Source of the DNA: Candidatus Bathyarchaeota archaeon
GTDB lineage: Archaea; Thermoproteota; Bathyarchaeia; Bathyarchaeales; Bathycorpusculaceae
Direction of reading: 5' to 3'
Assembly (NCBI GenBank): GCA_963811105.1
Contig: CAWEPZ010000011.1
Span: 1,408,001-1,472,000 of the forward strand
Length of the DNA: 64,000 nucleotides
Shown here piece by piece: positions 40,102-49,921 of the stretch. The notes beneath the pieces were generated by a model, which made no database searches, was not told the DNA's origin, and saw only the letters and a program-made list of their open reading frames with translations. Each line of letters starts with the position of its first letter. Position 1 is the first letter of the stretch. Position numbers and translations under genes: made by a program.

Positions 40102-41082
40102 TCATTCTAATCGGTAAGTATTTCCAACGCTACTACAAACAAAAGCATTTGGAAACGTTTGAGCTATTGAAATTAATGCTCGCCATCCAGTGCAATGTGA
40201 GGGTACGATTAATTCAGGGTTAATCTTTTTTAGCTCTTCTATGGTAGGTTCAATTCTCTTCTCAAATTCTTTTCCAGCTAAATGAAAGCCACCTAATATT
40301 GCGTAAACCTTTCCATTTCCGGTAATCTGTTGAGCGTATCGTATGGTGTTTATAATGCCCGCGTGGGCACACCCAGAAATGATAACTAAGCCTTTGTCTT
40401 TGATATTAACGATTAATGCACGGTCATCTAGGACTAATAGGTCGGGCTGCCAAGAATTATCATTATAAATTTTGTTTTGCATTAACCCCTTTTCAAAAGT
40501 CACTTTTCTTGGAATTTCTCCAGTAATGCAAGCCAAATTATTGGCAATTAAATACGGTTTTTTTGTGTTTACGATTTTTGCTGGAGATAGCTCTTTTAAA
40601 TCCGGAAAAGGTGGATACTCCCTTATAGCTCCACTAAGACTGGCGGTTCCTCTATGTTTAACCATGTTTTCATGAGCCAATATTGGTAAGTCGATTTTGT
40701 TAACAGCTTTAACTATTGCTTGTAATCCGCCAAAATGATCATAGTGGCCATGGGAAAGGACAACATAAGAAACTTCACTCAAGTCAATACCCATTCTTTC
40801 AGCATTAATAATGACTCCGTTATAACTGATGCCGGTATCAAAAAGAATTGTGCACATTTCTTGATTCTGAAAAACCCTAATTAGCATGGAAAAACCGTGC
40901 TCTGCAAACGGCAACTCTTTATGTGTTTGAGCCCACTCCGGTCCCAAATGCTCTTTAGTCCAGTGCCGAAACGATTGCACTTCTTTTCTAACATTGCTTG
41001 AAAGAAAATCTACATTGTTGTCCATTAAGGAAACGATTTCAATCTTTGATGCTTCGTTCAAGTCTGCAGTTTCCGTTGTCAA
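40102..41082 (-). CDS. MBL-fold metallo-hydrolase (COG1237 type)
   Basis: AEHGFS, LFDTG, SHGHYDH, SGCAHAG, GGFHL, SHCTG. Confidence 0.88.
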   Translation of the reverse strand: MTTETADLNEASKIEIVSLMDNNVDFLSSNVRKEVQSFRHWTKEHLGPEWAQTHKELPFAEHGFSMLIRVFQNQEMCTILFDTGISYNGVIINAERMGIDLSEVSYVVLSHGHYDHFGGLQAIVKAVNKIDLPILAHENMVKHRGTASLSGAIREYPPFPDLKELSPAKIVNTKKPYLIANNLACITGEIPRKVTFEKGLMQNKIYNDNSWQPDLLVLDDRALIVNIKDKGLVIISGCAHAGIINTIRYAQQITGNGKVYAILGGFHLAGKEFEKRIEPTIEELKKINPELIVPSHCTGWRALISIAQTFPNAFVCSSVGNTYRLE

Positions 41083-41094
41083 ATTCCAACCAAA

Positions 41095-41664
41095 CTACAA
41101 AGTCCCTCGGTAATGATCTGTGGTTGGACAGCCAGCACATTTTTGGAGCTCGTATCGATTGCATGGGTCGCAATTAACATTGCAAGGTGGAGCCTTGTTT
41201 TCTTTGGTTGCGAGCTGTTCTCTTATCTGAAGAAACGGTGAAAAGTAAGTTTCGCTCACGGGGTAGAATTCTGATCGGCGTATGCCTCTGCTGCATCTGA
41301 GAGAGCATTTCTCCATGGAAATGCTTTCTAGCGTTTCTAGAGTTTCTGCCACTACGAGTGCAATGAGGTTGTAGCCGCCCACTGTTTTGAAAATCTGAAC
41401 TATTCTGGGGCATTGCTCGAATCGATTAAGGAGCTCCTGCATCGCTTCTGCGCTCTCCATTTCAAGCATTACGATTGCTAGGTGAAGTTGGAGTGCGCTC
41501 GGATTTATGAGGGCTGATACTTTAATTGTTTCTTTTTTCAGCAGCCTCTCCAGCCTTTTCTTGGTTCCCATACTTGTGAACCCGATGGATTTAGATAGTT
41601 CTTGGCATGTCATCCGTCCGTCGGCTTGGAGTTGCGCTATTATTTTCTTATCAATTTCATCCAC
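41095..41664 (-). CDS. Lrp/AsnC regulator with a C-terminal Cys-rich (Fe-S or Zn) extension
   Basis: MDEIDKKIIAQLQADGR HTH, VGGYNL; tail CNVNCDPCNRYELQKCAGCP. Confidence 0.88.
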   Translation of the reverse strand: MDEIDKKIIAQLQADGRMTCQELSKSIGFTSMGTKKRLERLLKKETIKVSALINPSALQLHLAIVMLEMESAEAMQELLNRFEQCPRIVQIFKTVGGYNLIALVVAETLETLESISMEKCSLRCSRGIRRSEFYPVSETYFSPFLQIREQLATKENKAPPCNVNCDPCNRYELQKCAGCPTTDHYRGTL

Positions 41665-41677
41665 AATAAATTCACGA

Positions 41678-41723
41678 GTTTATTTTATAAACGATATGTA
41701 TTAATAAAGTTTGTCTGTTAAAC
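41678..41723. promoter_or_regulatory. Operator-TATA-operator module 1 (promoter of the regulator gene)
   Basis: GTTTATTTTATAAAC (41678-41692), 5 nt, GTATTAATA, then GTTTGTCTGTTAAAC (41709-41723); the two sites start 31 bp apart. Confidence 0.7.
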
Positions 41724-41802
41724 TTTTTCTTAAAAAACTCAAGTCTCAAACAAATCAAGGAAGTTAGTTGAATAAAGAAACTCAAAATGTTAAAGGTAAA
41801 TA

Positions 41803-41848
41803 GTTTATTTTATAAACAGAACGTATTAATACTATTTAGTTATTAAAC
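41803..41848 (+). promoter_or_regulatory. Operator-TATA-operator module 2 (promoter of the Mrp/NifX/IscU operon)
   Basis: GTTTATTTTATAAAC (41803-41817), 5 nt, GTATTAATA, then ATTTAGTTATTAAAC (41834-41848); 31-bp spacing. Confidence 0.7.
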
Positions 41849-41872
41849 TGTTTTCAGTCAAGTGGTGGAGGA

Positions 41873-42778
41873 ATGGCAAGCACTATTAAACAAAAAAAGA
41901 CGAACGAATGCACTGAAGAATGTGATTCATGCAACACATTAGATAACTGTAATGATACCAAAAAACAGGAATACCAAAAACAGCAAAAATTAAAACAGCG
42001 ACTAAAAAAAATTAAATATAAAATTGCGATAATCAGCGGAAAAGGCGGAGTAGGCAAAAGTACAGTAACAGCAAATCTGGCAATGGCATTCGCAATGCGG
42101 GGCTATAAAGTTGGCGTTCTTGACGCAGACATTCATGGTCCATGTATCCCAAAGATGCTGGGCCTAAAAGGACAAACACTCACAGGGACACCTGACGGAG
42201 GGTTCTTGCCAGTTACGGGCCGCCTAGGAGTGAAGGTGGCGTCAATGGACTTCTTACTTAAAAACGACGAGACACCAGTGATTTGGCGAGGTCCCTTAAA
42301 GATGAGGCTTATCCAACAGTTCCTATCAGACGTGGTTTGGGGCGAATTAGATTATCTCTTTGTAGATCTCCCTCCTGGAACCGGAGATGAACCATTAACT
42401 GTAATGCAGTTAATACCGGATATGAACGGTGTAGTCATAGTGACGATGCCTTCGGAAGTTTCAGAAACGGTGGTCAAGAAATCAGTAACTTTTGCTAAAC
42501 AAGTCGGCGTTCCAATAATCGGGATCATCGAAAACCTAAGCGGATACGTTTGCCCTGACTGTGGAAAAAAAATCGATATTTTCAGGTCCGGAGGCGGCAA
42601 AAGAATAGCGCAAGATTTGGTAGTGCCCTATTTAGGAAACATACCAATAGACCCAAAGGTATGTAATGACTCGGACACTGGAATACCATTCATAGAAGAG
42701 AACCCCAATCTGCCAACAGCCATTGTTTTCACTGAAATAGTCAAGAAAACTCTGCAGTTTCTCCAAAAAGATAGGTAA
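41873..42778 (+). CDS. Mrp/ApbC/Nbp35 Fe-S carrier ATPase
   Basis: N-terminal CTEECDSC..C, GKGGVGKST, DADIHGP, VIWRGP, DLPPGTGD, ENLSGYVCPDC. Confidence 0.93.
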   Translation: MASTIKQKKTNECTEECDSCNTLDNCNDTKKQEYQKQQKLKQRLKKIKYKIAIISGKGGVGKSTVTANLAMAFAMRGYKVGVLDADIHGPCIPKMLGLKGQTLTGTPDGGFLPVTGRLGVKVASMDFLLKNDETPVIWRGPLKMRLIQQFLSDVVWGELDYLFVDLPPGTGDEPLTVMQLIPDMNGVVIVTMPSEVSETVVKKSVTFAKQVGVPIIGIIENLSGYVCPDCGKKIDIFRSGGGKRIAQDLVVPYLGNIPIDPKVCNDSDTGIPFIEENPNLPTAIVFTEIVKKTLQFLQKDR

Positions 42779-42807
42779 TTACTAATTAACACAACGGAGA
42801 ATAAAAA

Positions 42808-43188
42808 ATGAAAGTATGTTTAAGCTCAACTTCAAACAGTTTGGAAGCCCAATTAGACCCTCGATTCGCCAGATGCACTTATCTGATAACTATAGATACT
42901 GAAACTATGCAGTTTGAAGCCATTCCAAACTTGGCGGCAGGCACAAGAGAAGGCGCAGGAATCTTCGCAGCACAAACAATCGCAAACAAAGGTGCAAAAG
43001 TGCTGATAACTGGGAATGTTGGACCTAACGCTTTCAGGGCATTATCGGCGGCAGGTATAGAAATAATGACGGATGCTTCTGGAACTATCAGAGAAGTCGT
43101 TGAGAAGTTCAAGAAAGGCGAAATAAAGAAAACTGGCGTTCCCACTGTTGGAGGCCATTTCGGCGCTGTAAGAGGTCAGAGCAAATGA
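42808..43188 (+). CDS. NifB/NifX-family (MTH1175-like) protein
   Basis: LDPRFARCTY, GAGIFAAQ, ITGNVGPNAF. Confidence 0.88.
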   Translation: MKVCLSSTSNSLEAQLDPRFARCTYLITIDTETMQFEAIPNLAAGTREGAGIFAAQTIANKGAKVLITGNVGPNAFRALSAAGIEIMTDASGTIREVVEKFKKGEIKKTGVPTVGGHFGAVRGQSK

Positions 43189-43197
43189 ACACTAACC

Positions 43198-43656
43198 GTG
43201 TGGTCTATCAGTTTGAGGATAATCAACGAAAACTTGGTGAGCATCGGAGGTGAAAAATTGACAAATAAAATAATAATTCCTACAGACAATCAAGAAGGCA
43301 TAAACGCTCCATTGGCAGAACATTTTGGAAGAGCACCCTATTTCACAGTTGTTGAGCTTGACAATAAAGGCGAACTTACAAACGTGAATGCAGTCACAAA
43401 CGTTAGCGAACATGTTGGAGGAACAGGATCACCCCATGACCAACTTACTAAACTTCAACCTACAGCTATAGTAGTTCATGGTATGGGACCTCGCGGAATA
43501 ATGGCGTTCCAAAGCGCAGGCATTGAAGTGCTAAAAGCAAACGCAAACACAGTCAAAGAAGTCGTTGAAGCATACAAGCAGGGTAAACTTGAAGAATTAA
43601 CAGAAGGCTGCCCGAATGCTGCGCATCACGATCATGAAGAACACCATCATCATTAA
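43198..43656 (+). CDS. NifB/NifX-family protein with a His-rich tail (start probably TTG at 43258)
   Basis: EHFGRAPYF, HGMGPRG, C-terminal CPNAAHHDHEEHHHH; GGAGGTG RBS before LTNK. Confidence 0.88.
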   Translation: MWSISLRIINENLVSIGGEKLTNKIIIPTDNQEGINAPLAEHFGRAPYFTVVELDNKGELTNVNAVTNVSEHVGGTGSPHDQLTKLQPTAIVVHGMGPRGIMAFQSAGIEVLKANANTVKEVVEAYKQGKLEELTEGCPNAAHHDHEEHHHH

Positions 43657-44089
43657 CCTTGATTCTGCTGGAGTTAAAATGACTGACAAAAAATCAGAAG
43701 CCAAACAAATCATCGAATTAAGATATTCTAGCAAAGCCATCGAGTTATACGAAAACAAGGTGAACGTTGGCGTAATCGACAACCCAGATGCAGACGCAGT
43801 TTTCCTTGATCCATGCGGTGATTTAATACGTCTCTATATAAAAATAAACAATGAAATCGTAGAAGACGCCAAATTTCTCTGTTATGGTCGTCAAGGTTCA
43901 ACATCTGCATTGTCAGCGATGACCATTCTGATTAAAGGCAAAACCCTCAATCATGCAAAGAAACTGACAGAAGATGACATATTGAAGGAGCTCGAAGGTT
44001 TACCAGAAGATTGCGCTGAACTGTCTATAAAAACTCTGAAGAAGGCTATTGATGGATATAGAAAATCAAAGAGCAGCTCAGAGACATAG
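43616..44089 (+). CDS. IscU/NifU-N scaffold-like protein (start probably 43679); second conserved Cys appears replaced by Arg
   Basis: PCGDLIRLYIKI..IVEDAKF.CYGRQGS..GKTL..A..LT..DIL..L.GLP.DCA. Confidence 0.82.
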   Translation: MLRITIMKNTIIINLDSAGVKMTDKKSEAKQIIELRYSSKAIELYENKVNVGVIDNPDADAVFLDPCGDLIRLYIKINNEIVEDAKFLCYGRQGSTSALSAMTILIKGKTLNHAKKLTEDDILKELEGLPEDCAELSIKTLKKAIDGYRKSKSSSET

Positions 44090-44131
44090 TCCAATTTTTA
44101 CTTTTCTTAAACTATTTAGGGTGAATATGAA

Positions 44132-44968
44132 TTGATTTTAGCGATTGCAAGTGGCAAAGGCGGTACGGGAAAAACATCCTTAGCCGTAAACATGGCGCTC
44201 TCCATCGGGCACTGTCAGCTCTTAGACTGCGACGTGGAAGAACCAAACGCATATTTGTTTTTGCAGTCAAAACTGAATAATACAAAACCCGTTTACACTA
44301 CGATTCCCCGAATAGAGCTGGGCTTGTGTGATTACTGTGGCGAATGCGCCAAATTCTGTAAATACAACGCCTTATTCGCCCTTAAAGACCAAATTCTTGT
44401 TTTCCCCGAGCTCTGTCACAGTTGTGGTGGATGCGCACTAGTTTGCTCCAAAAAGGCTATCACTGAAGAAAAACACAAGATTGGAACCCTAAACTTTAGC
44501 TCAACTGACGATTTGAACCTCGTGTACGGAGAACTCGAAGTTGGCAAGCCCATGGCTGTGCCAGTTATCAAGGCGGTTAAAAAACAAATTGATCACAATA
44601 GAAATGTAATTATTGATTCTCCGCCGGGAACTTCTTGTCCGTTTGTTGAGACTGTAAGGGGTAGCGATTTTTGTATTCTCGTAACGGAGCCCACACCTTT
44701 TGGTTTGTATGACCTAAGGATCGCTGTTGAGGTGCTTAAGAAAATTGGGATTCTTTTCGGTGTCGTTGTTAACCGTGCAGGTACAGGCGACATGAAGCTC
44801 TATGAATACTGCAAGGACGAGGAAATCCCTGTCTTGTTGGAGATTCCTTACCAGAGAAAAATAGCGGAGCTTTACTCAAAAGGTATACCCTTCAGCATGG
44901 AAATGTCCGAGTGGAAAACAAAGTTTCAGATGCTATTTAATGAAATAAGGAAGAGTGTTGGTAAATGA
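44132..44968 (+). CDS. MinD-superfamily P-loop ATPase with an inserted ferredoxin (COG1149), copy 1
   Basis: SGKGGTGKT, DCDVEEPN, CDYCGECAKFC, CHSCGGCALVC, DSPPGTSCP, VTEPT. Confidence 0.9.
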   Translation: MILAIASGKGGTGKTSLAVNMALSIGHCQLLDCDVEEPNAYLFLQSKLNNTKPVYTTIPRIELGLCDYCGECAKFCKYNALFALKDQILVFPELCHSCGGCALVCSKKAITEEKHKIGTLNFSSTDDLNLVYGELEVGKPMAVPVIKAVKKQIDHNRNVIIDSPPGTSCPFVETVRGSDFCILVTEPTPFGLYDLRIAVEVLKKIGILFGVVVNRAGTGDMKLYEYCKDEEIPVLLEIPYQRKIAELYSKGIPFSMEMSEWKTKFQMLFNEIRKSVGK

Positions 44969-45846
44969 AGCAGTTAACAGTTTTAAGTGGCAAGGGTGGC
45001 ACAGGCAAAACAACCATAACTGCGGCCTTCGCTGTTTTAGCAAAAAACGCGGTCGTTGCTGATTGCGATGTGGATGCACCTGATCTTCATCTGCTTTTGC
45101 ACCCAAAAGTAATTGAAATGCAGAAGTTCAAGGGTTCAGAAGTCGCTTCTATTGATAAGGCAAAGTGCACTAAGTGCGGTTTATGCCAAGAACAATGCAT
45201 GTTCAGCGCCATAACCGAGCATATTAGTATCGACAGTATTGCATGTGAGGGATGTGGTGTCTGTACTATGGCTTGCCCAACAGGCGCTATTACTTTAGTT
45301 GAGCGTATCTCAGGAAACGCTTACATTTCAAGAACAAAATACGGTTTTATGTCTCATGCCCTGCTTTATCCAGGCGAATCTAACTCTGGAAAACTTGTCA
45401 CGTTAGTTAGACAGAACGCTAAAAGAGTAGCTGCAAAAGAAAATAGTGACCTAGTCATAATTGATGGTTCGCCAGGAATTGGTTGCCCGGTTATAGCGTC
45501 CATTTCAGGAGTAGACGCTTGCTTGATAGTTACCGAACCAACACTGTCCGGTATTCATGATCTTGAGAGAGTGTTGCAACTGCTAAAGTATTTCAATGTA
45601 ACTCCTTTTGTTTGCGTAAACATGTATAATATAAATGCTGATAACACCAACAAAATTCTGGCTTTTTGTAAAGAACAAGGAATTAACCTAGTTGGAACTA
45701 TCCCATTCAGCCCGAAAGTCACCCAAGCTATGGTTGCCGGAAAAACTATTGTTGAATATGCTCCTGTGAGTAGTGTAACAGAAGAAATCATGCTTATATG
45801 GAAAAAGTTATCTCTCGTTTTGGGCTTTGCGTGTATTAATGTGTAG
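44965..45846 (+). CDS. MinD-superfamily P-loop ATPase with an inserted ferredoxin (COG1149), copy 2
   Basis: SGKGGTGKT, DCDVDAP, CTKCGLCQEQC, CEGCGVCTMACP, NSGKLV, DGSPGIGCP. Confidence 0.9.
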   Translation: MKQLTVLSGKGGTGKTTITAAFAVLAKNAVVADCDVDAPDLHLLLHPKVIEMQKFKGSEVASIDKAKCTKCGLCQEQCMFSAITEHISIDSIACEGCGVCTMACPTGAITLVERISGNAYISRTKYGFMSHALLYPGESNSGKLVTLVRQNAKRVAAKENSDLVIIDGSPGIGCPVIASISGVDACLIVTEPTLSGIHDLERVLQLLKYFNVTPFVCVNMYNINADNTNKILAFCKEQGINLVGTIPFSPKVTQAMVAGKTIVEYAPVSSVTEEIMLIWKKLSLVLGFACINV

Positions 45847-45861
45847 ACGTCGAAGCTCGGT

Positions 45862-47127
45862 GTGTCGGAAATGGTTGAAAATAGGCTGTCGTTTAGAAAG
45901 GGCGAAAAAGCAGCGAAGCTTTCCACAATTATTCTTCTAGCTCTCTGTATTCTAAAAGGAATCGTGTCGCTTACAAGTGGCAGTGTTGCGCTATTGGCTG
46001 GCACAATCGATTCATTCTCGGATGTTTTTTCTTCTGTTGCTGTTTGGGCGGGGCTTAATATTGCTAAGAAGAAACCGACCGAGAGGTTTCCTTATGGATA
46101 CTTTAAAGCAGAGACTTTTGCTTTGCTGGCTGTGGCTTTGATACTTATGACTTCCAGCGTTTTGATTATCTGGCAGTCTTTTCAGAAGTTGTTTGAGGTG
46201 TATGTTATCTCCTTTTCCAACCTTGCGCTTGGAACTGCAGCCTTGTCTGCTGTTGTTTATTATCTGCTTGCCAAATACAAGAGCAGAATAGGCCATCAGA
46301 TAGGTTCCCAGGCTCTGATAAGTGAGGGTTTGCATTCTATGGTCGATGTCTACGCTTCTTTATTGGTTTTTGTCGGCGTTTCCCTAGGAGTGCTCGGTTT
46401 TCACTTCGGTGAGGCACTCATTGGATTCATTATTGGCGTCTATGTTCTGATCAGGGGTTTTCTTTTCGGGAAAGACGCAGTGTTGGTCTTAATGGATGTT
46501 TCGCCGAACCCGCAAATGGTTAACAAGATGAAATTGGTAGCTGAAAGTGTTCCTGGTGTTAAAGGTAGCCATGATATAAGAGTAAGAAAATCTGGACCTG
46601 TGTTTTTCGGGGAAGTGCATATCGAACTTCAAGAAGGCCTTTCTATAGAAAGAGCCCATGTAATATCAGAGGATGTAGAGGCAAGAATCAAGGAAAATTT
46701 CAAAGACGTGGAATTAGTAACCGTTCATGTAGGGCTTGCGCATAAGAAAAAAATTCTAATTGCGTCTCCTTTAGTAGAAGATAAAGGATTGGAATCGTTA
46801 ACTAGCTCCCATTTCGGCAGTGCTCCTTACTTTGGCTTCATAGAGGTTGAAGGAGGTCAAGTATTAAACTTCTATCTTAAGGAGAACAAGGGAGCAAGGT
46901 TACAGCACAAAAAAGGGATACAGGCCGCAGATTTATTGGTTGAAGAAAAAGTAGATGTTTTACTCACAGTAGACATTGGTGAAGGCCCCTTCCACGTGCT
47001 AGGTAACAACTTAATACAGATTTATCACATCCAAACACCGCTAAAAGTCCACGAAGCAGTCAGTCTTTTCAATCAAAACTCATTAGAAAGAGTGGTAACA
47101 CCGACCGAGGAGAATAAAACTGAATAA
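45862..47127 (+). CDS. Cation diffusion facilitator fused to a C-terminal NifB/NifX domain
   Basis: SGSVALLA..IDSFSD, FPYGYFKAE, HSMVD, HDIRVRKSG; tail SHFGSAPYF...IGEGP. Confidence 0.88.
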   Translation: MSEMVENRLSFRKGEKAAKLSTIILLALCILKGIVSLTSGSVALLAGTIDSFSDVFSSVAVWAGLNIAKKKPTERFPYGYFKAETFALLAVALILMTSSVLIIWQSFQKLFEVYVISFSNLALGTAALSAVVYYLLAKYKSRIGHQIGSQALISEGLHSMVDVYASLLVFVGVSLGVLGFHFGEALIGFIIGVYVLIRGFLFGKDAVLVLMDVSPNPQMVNKMKLVAESVPGVKGSHDIRVRKSGPVFFGEVHIELQEGLSIERAHVISEDVEARIKENFKDVELVTVHVGLAHKKKILIASPLVEDKGLESLTSSHFGSAPYFGFIEVEGGQVLNFYLKENKGARLQHKKGIQAADLLVEEKVDVLLTVDIGEGPFHVLGNNLIQIYHIQTPLKVHEAVSLFNQNSLERVVTPTEENKTE

Positions 47128-47378
47128 GCGTTCATTATTTGTTTTATTCTAATGGAGTTCAATCCTTGTGCTTACATTTAAGATGTTATCTCTAAATGTT
47201 TAGAAGCCCATTTTTGAGTTATTTTCCCCGAATCATAGTTTACCAGACACCACTTGAGCTTCCTTTTATCTCTGACTTTGACCATGCTATTAATTGAAAC
47301 CGAGAGGAAATAGTTTTCAGAAAAGACACAAATAAATGCCGAGAACAAACCTTAAACGGAATAATGTAGAATAAATAA

Positions 47379-47807
47379 TTGGTGAAAATTATGCCCAAAA
47401 TTAAGGCTAAAGCAATATGGATTGAAAACGTTCGTTCAAAGGTTGACAATCAAAGAAACCACAGTGTTGAATGTGACCTCTCAAATGCTGCAGGCGGAAC
47501 TGATTGTGGTCCAACTGCGCTTGAACTTAGTTTGATGGCGTTAGCCGATTGTGGCGTTACAATTTTCGCGGATGTATGCAAAAAAAGCAATATCAAACTC
47601 AAAATGGTTGAAGTAACGGCTGAAGCTGACAAATCGCCGGATTCACCGATGATAAGTGGCGTAACTTTGAAAGTCAACGCTTCCTCTGATGCAAGGAAAG
47701 AACTACTGGAGGCTGCTTGGAGAAGAACCGAAGCAAACTGCCCTGTGCTGTCTATCTTTAAAGAACCAACGCCAGTCAAGGTTGAATTTGAATCAAAAAC
47801 AGAGTAA
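47379..47807 (+). CDS. OsmC family protein
   Basis: GGTDCGPTALELSLMALADC, ANCPV. Confidence 0.88.
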   Translation: MVKIMPKIKAKAIWIENVRSKVDNQRNHSVECDLSNAAGGTDCGPTALELSLMALADCGVTIFADVCKKSNIKLKMVEVTAEADKSPDSPMISGVTLKVNASSDARKELLEAAWRRTEANCPVLSIFKEPTPVKVEFESKTE

Positions 47808-47824
47808 GCGTTCAGAGCTTAAAA

Positions 47825-48361
47825 ATGAAAACTGCATTGATAATCTATTGGTCTAAAACCGGTAATACAGAGAAAGTTGCCACCGCAATCAAAGAAGGAT
47901 TAGAAGAAGCGGAAATCAAAGTAACCATTAAAAAGCCTGAGGAAGCAGAAGCGCTCGATTATTTTGACTATGATTTAGTCTGCGTAGGTTGTCCATCGTA
48001 CTCTTGGCATCCTCCTGAACCGGTGACAAACTTTCTGAAGAAAAAATTTGCTGAATGTCGCCAAAATGGTAAAATCAAGCCTTCAGCTCCGAAGGTCCCC
48101 GGTAAAAACGCAATAGTTTTTGTAACTTACTCTGGACCACATACAGGAATTGACGAGGCAACTCCAGTTGGCAAAGATATACGGCAATACTTTGAGCACA
48201 TAGGCTTCAACATTATCGATGAATGGTACGTTCTTAGCGAATTTCACGGCTCACTTGAGCACAGCACACTAGGCAGACTAGGCGATGTTAGGGGAAAACC
48301 TACAGTCGAACAGTTGCAAGTCATTAAAGATGACTCAAGGCGCACAGGTAAGCTGCTCTAA
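47825..48361 (+). CDS. Flavodoxin family protein
   Basis: YWSKTGNTEKVA, YDLVCVGCPSY. Confidence 0.85.
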   Translation: MKTALIIYWSKTGNTEKVATAIKEGLEEAEIKVTIKKPEEAEALDYFDYDLVCVGCPSYSWHPPEPVTNFLKKKFAECRQNGKIKPSAPKVPGKNAIVFVTYSGPHTGIDEATPVGKDIRQYFEHIGFNIIDEWYVLSEFHGSLEHSTLGRLGDVRGKPTVEQLQVIKDDSRRTGKLL

Positions 48362-48378
48362 TTCAGTTGGTGGTCATT

Positions 48379-48727
48379 TTGGTTAACGCTCAGAATAGTT
48401 GCTATGCAGAAGCGGCTCAGAAAATTCTGAGGCCAGTTCCTTATGCTGAAGGCTTCCATTTCTTCATGCCAGATGGCCATTATACCGGTGAAACATCAAT
48501 TGTTCCTTTGCTCATTCTTAAGAGACATGGGAAGCATTGATACACAATCGATCAAATTCCACTTTGACCGCGGTGACTTCCAGAAGTGGCTAAGAACTAC
48601 AGTCGGCGATGAGGAACTCGCTCGAGTAATTGACAAATTAGACAAGAAAATTCCAGAAGAAAGCCTCCGAGAAAAGTTGGCGGACATAGTGCAAAAAAGA
48701 ATTTCAGAATTGCAATCAACGCATTAG
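48379..48727 (+). pseudogene. DUF5752-like protein with a +1 frameshift
   Basis: Frame from TTG at 48379 reads KILRPVPYAEGFHFFMPDGHYTGET, then shifts to LCSFLRD...SIKFHFDRGDFQKWL...GDEELA. Confidence 0.7.
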
Positions 48728-48794
48728 CCATTGCCAGTAGAGTAAAACATCGTAATCAAGATTTGTGGAAGCCTGGCGTTTCTAAGTGAGGGCT

Positions 48795-49020
48795 ATACAT
48801 AAGTCCTTCATTGAACCAAATAAATGTTTACGATGTATTGAGTGTCAGGCAACAAAGGCATGTTCCGTCAAAGCTATTGTTCGCATTGATAGCAACGACC
48901 CAAATTTTGTGGAGCCAATTCTGTCGCGGATACGGTGACTGCATAACAAAATGTTTAGCAAAAGTTATAACTCAAAGAAAATTAACGATCTCAGCTAAGG
49001 AAAAAAGCATTTTCCATTAA
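48795..49020 (+). pseudogene. Decayed 2x[4Fe-4S] ferredoxin
   Basis: Start ATG mutated to ATA; HKSFIEPNKCLRCIECQATKACSVKAI..., then a frameshift to CRGYGDCITKCLAKVI; GTGAGG RBS upstream. Confidence 0.7.
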
Positions 49021-49144
49021 TGCCAAGCTTGCAGGTGAAAGCTTTCAACCAGCCGCTAATTCCTTTGTTTATAATAGCGAGGAACTAAAGAGCCAAATCA
49101 ATAAAAACGTTGAAAAAGTTTATCTTTACTGAAAGCAATGCTTT

Positions 49145-49921
49145 TTGACTGCCATGGACATGCTTGAAGTTAAAGACTTATCAGTCAAGGTTGAAGGCAA
49201 ACTCATACTGAAAGACATGAGCTTCAGCCTTAAGGAAGGCGTGAGCCACATTCTATTTGGACCTAACGGTTCGGGAAAAACCACACTCATCAGCACTCTT
49301 ATGGGACTACCAGGTTACGAAGTAGTCTCTGGCAAGATAATATTTCGCGGGATCGACATCACAAGCATAGGTATCGATGAGCGCGCTAAACTGGGTATAA
49401 TAGTGAGCTTCCAGAACCCTCCCGAAATCACGGGTGTGAAGCTTGGCGACCTGCTTAAGTTGTGCTTGGGCAAGAGGGAAACCGAAGAGTTCAGCATAGA
49501 AGAAACGAAGCAGATTGAAGCTTTCAGGTTAACCAGTTTCTTGAACAGGGATACTAATGTAGGTTTTAGTGGTGGCGAGCGGAAGCGTTCCGAAATTCTA
49601 CAGTTAATTTTTCTGAAACCAAAGCTGTTGCTTTTGGATGAGCCTGATTCGGGAGTGGATGTGGAGAGTTTGCGGATGATCGCAATTGAGGTTCAGCGCT
49701 ATATTGAGATATCAGGCAGTTCAGCGTTGATAATTACTCATAAGGGTGACATATTGGAGTACGTAAAAGCCAGATACGGTTGCATACTGCTCGAGGGCCA
49801 ATTCCATTGCTTCACTAACCCAATGAGCATTTACAATGATATCAAACGGGTAGGTTACGAAGAGTGTGTAGCATGCAGAAGAAGAAAGCCAGAGGGATGG
49901 AAAAGTGAGCAAAGAAAGTGA
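49145..49921 (+). CDS. sufC: SufC/SmsC Fe-S assembly ATPase
   Basis: GPNGSGKT, FQNPPEITGV, NVGFSGGERKRSE, LDEPDSGVD, ITH, C-terminal CVAC. Confidence 0.92.
   Translation: MTAMDMLEVKDLSVKVEGKLILKDMSFSLKEGVSHILFGPNGSGKTTLISTLMGLPGYEVVSGKIIFRGIDITSIGIDERAKLGIIVSFQNPPEITGVKLGDLLKLCLGKRETEEFSIEETKQIEAFRLTSFLNRDTNVGFSGGERKRSEILQLIFLKPKLLLLDEPDSGVDVESLRMIAIEVQRYIEISGSSALIITHKGDILEYVKARYGCILLEGQFHCFTNPMSIYNDIKRVGYEECVACRRRKPEGWKSEQRK

Noticed and set aside
42808-47127. Nitrogen fixation inferred from NifB/NifX and NifU-like genes
   Set aside because: No nifHDK/nifEN; these stand-alone domains with COG1149 ATPases and Mrp are common in non-diazotrophic anaerobes
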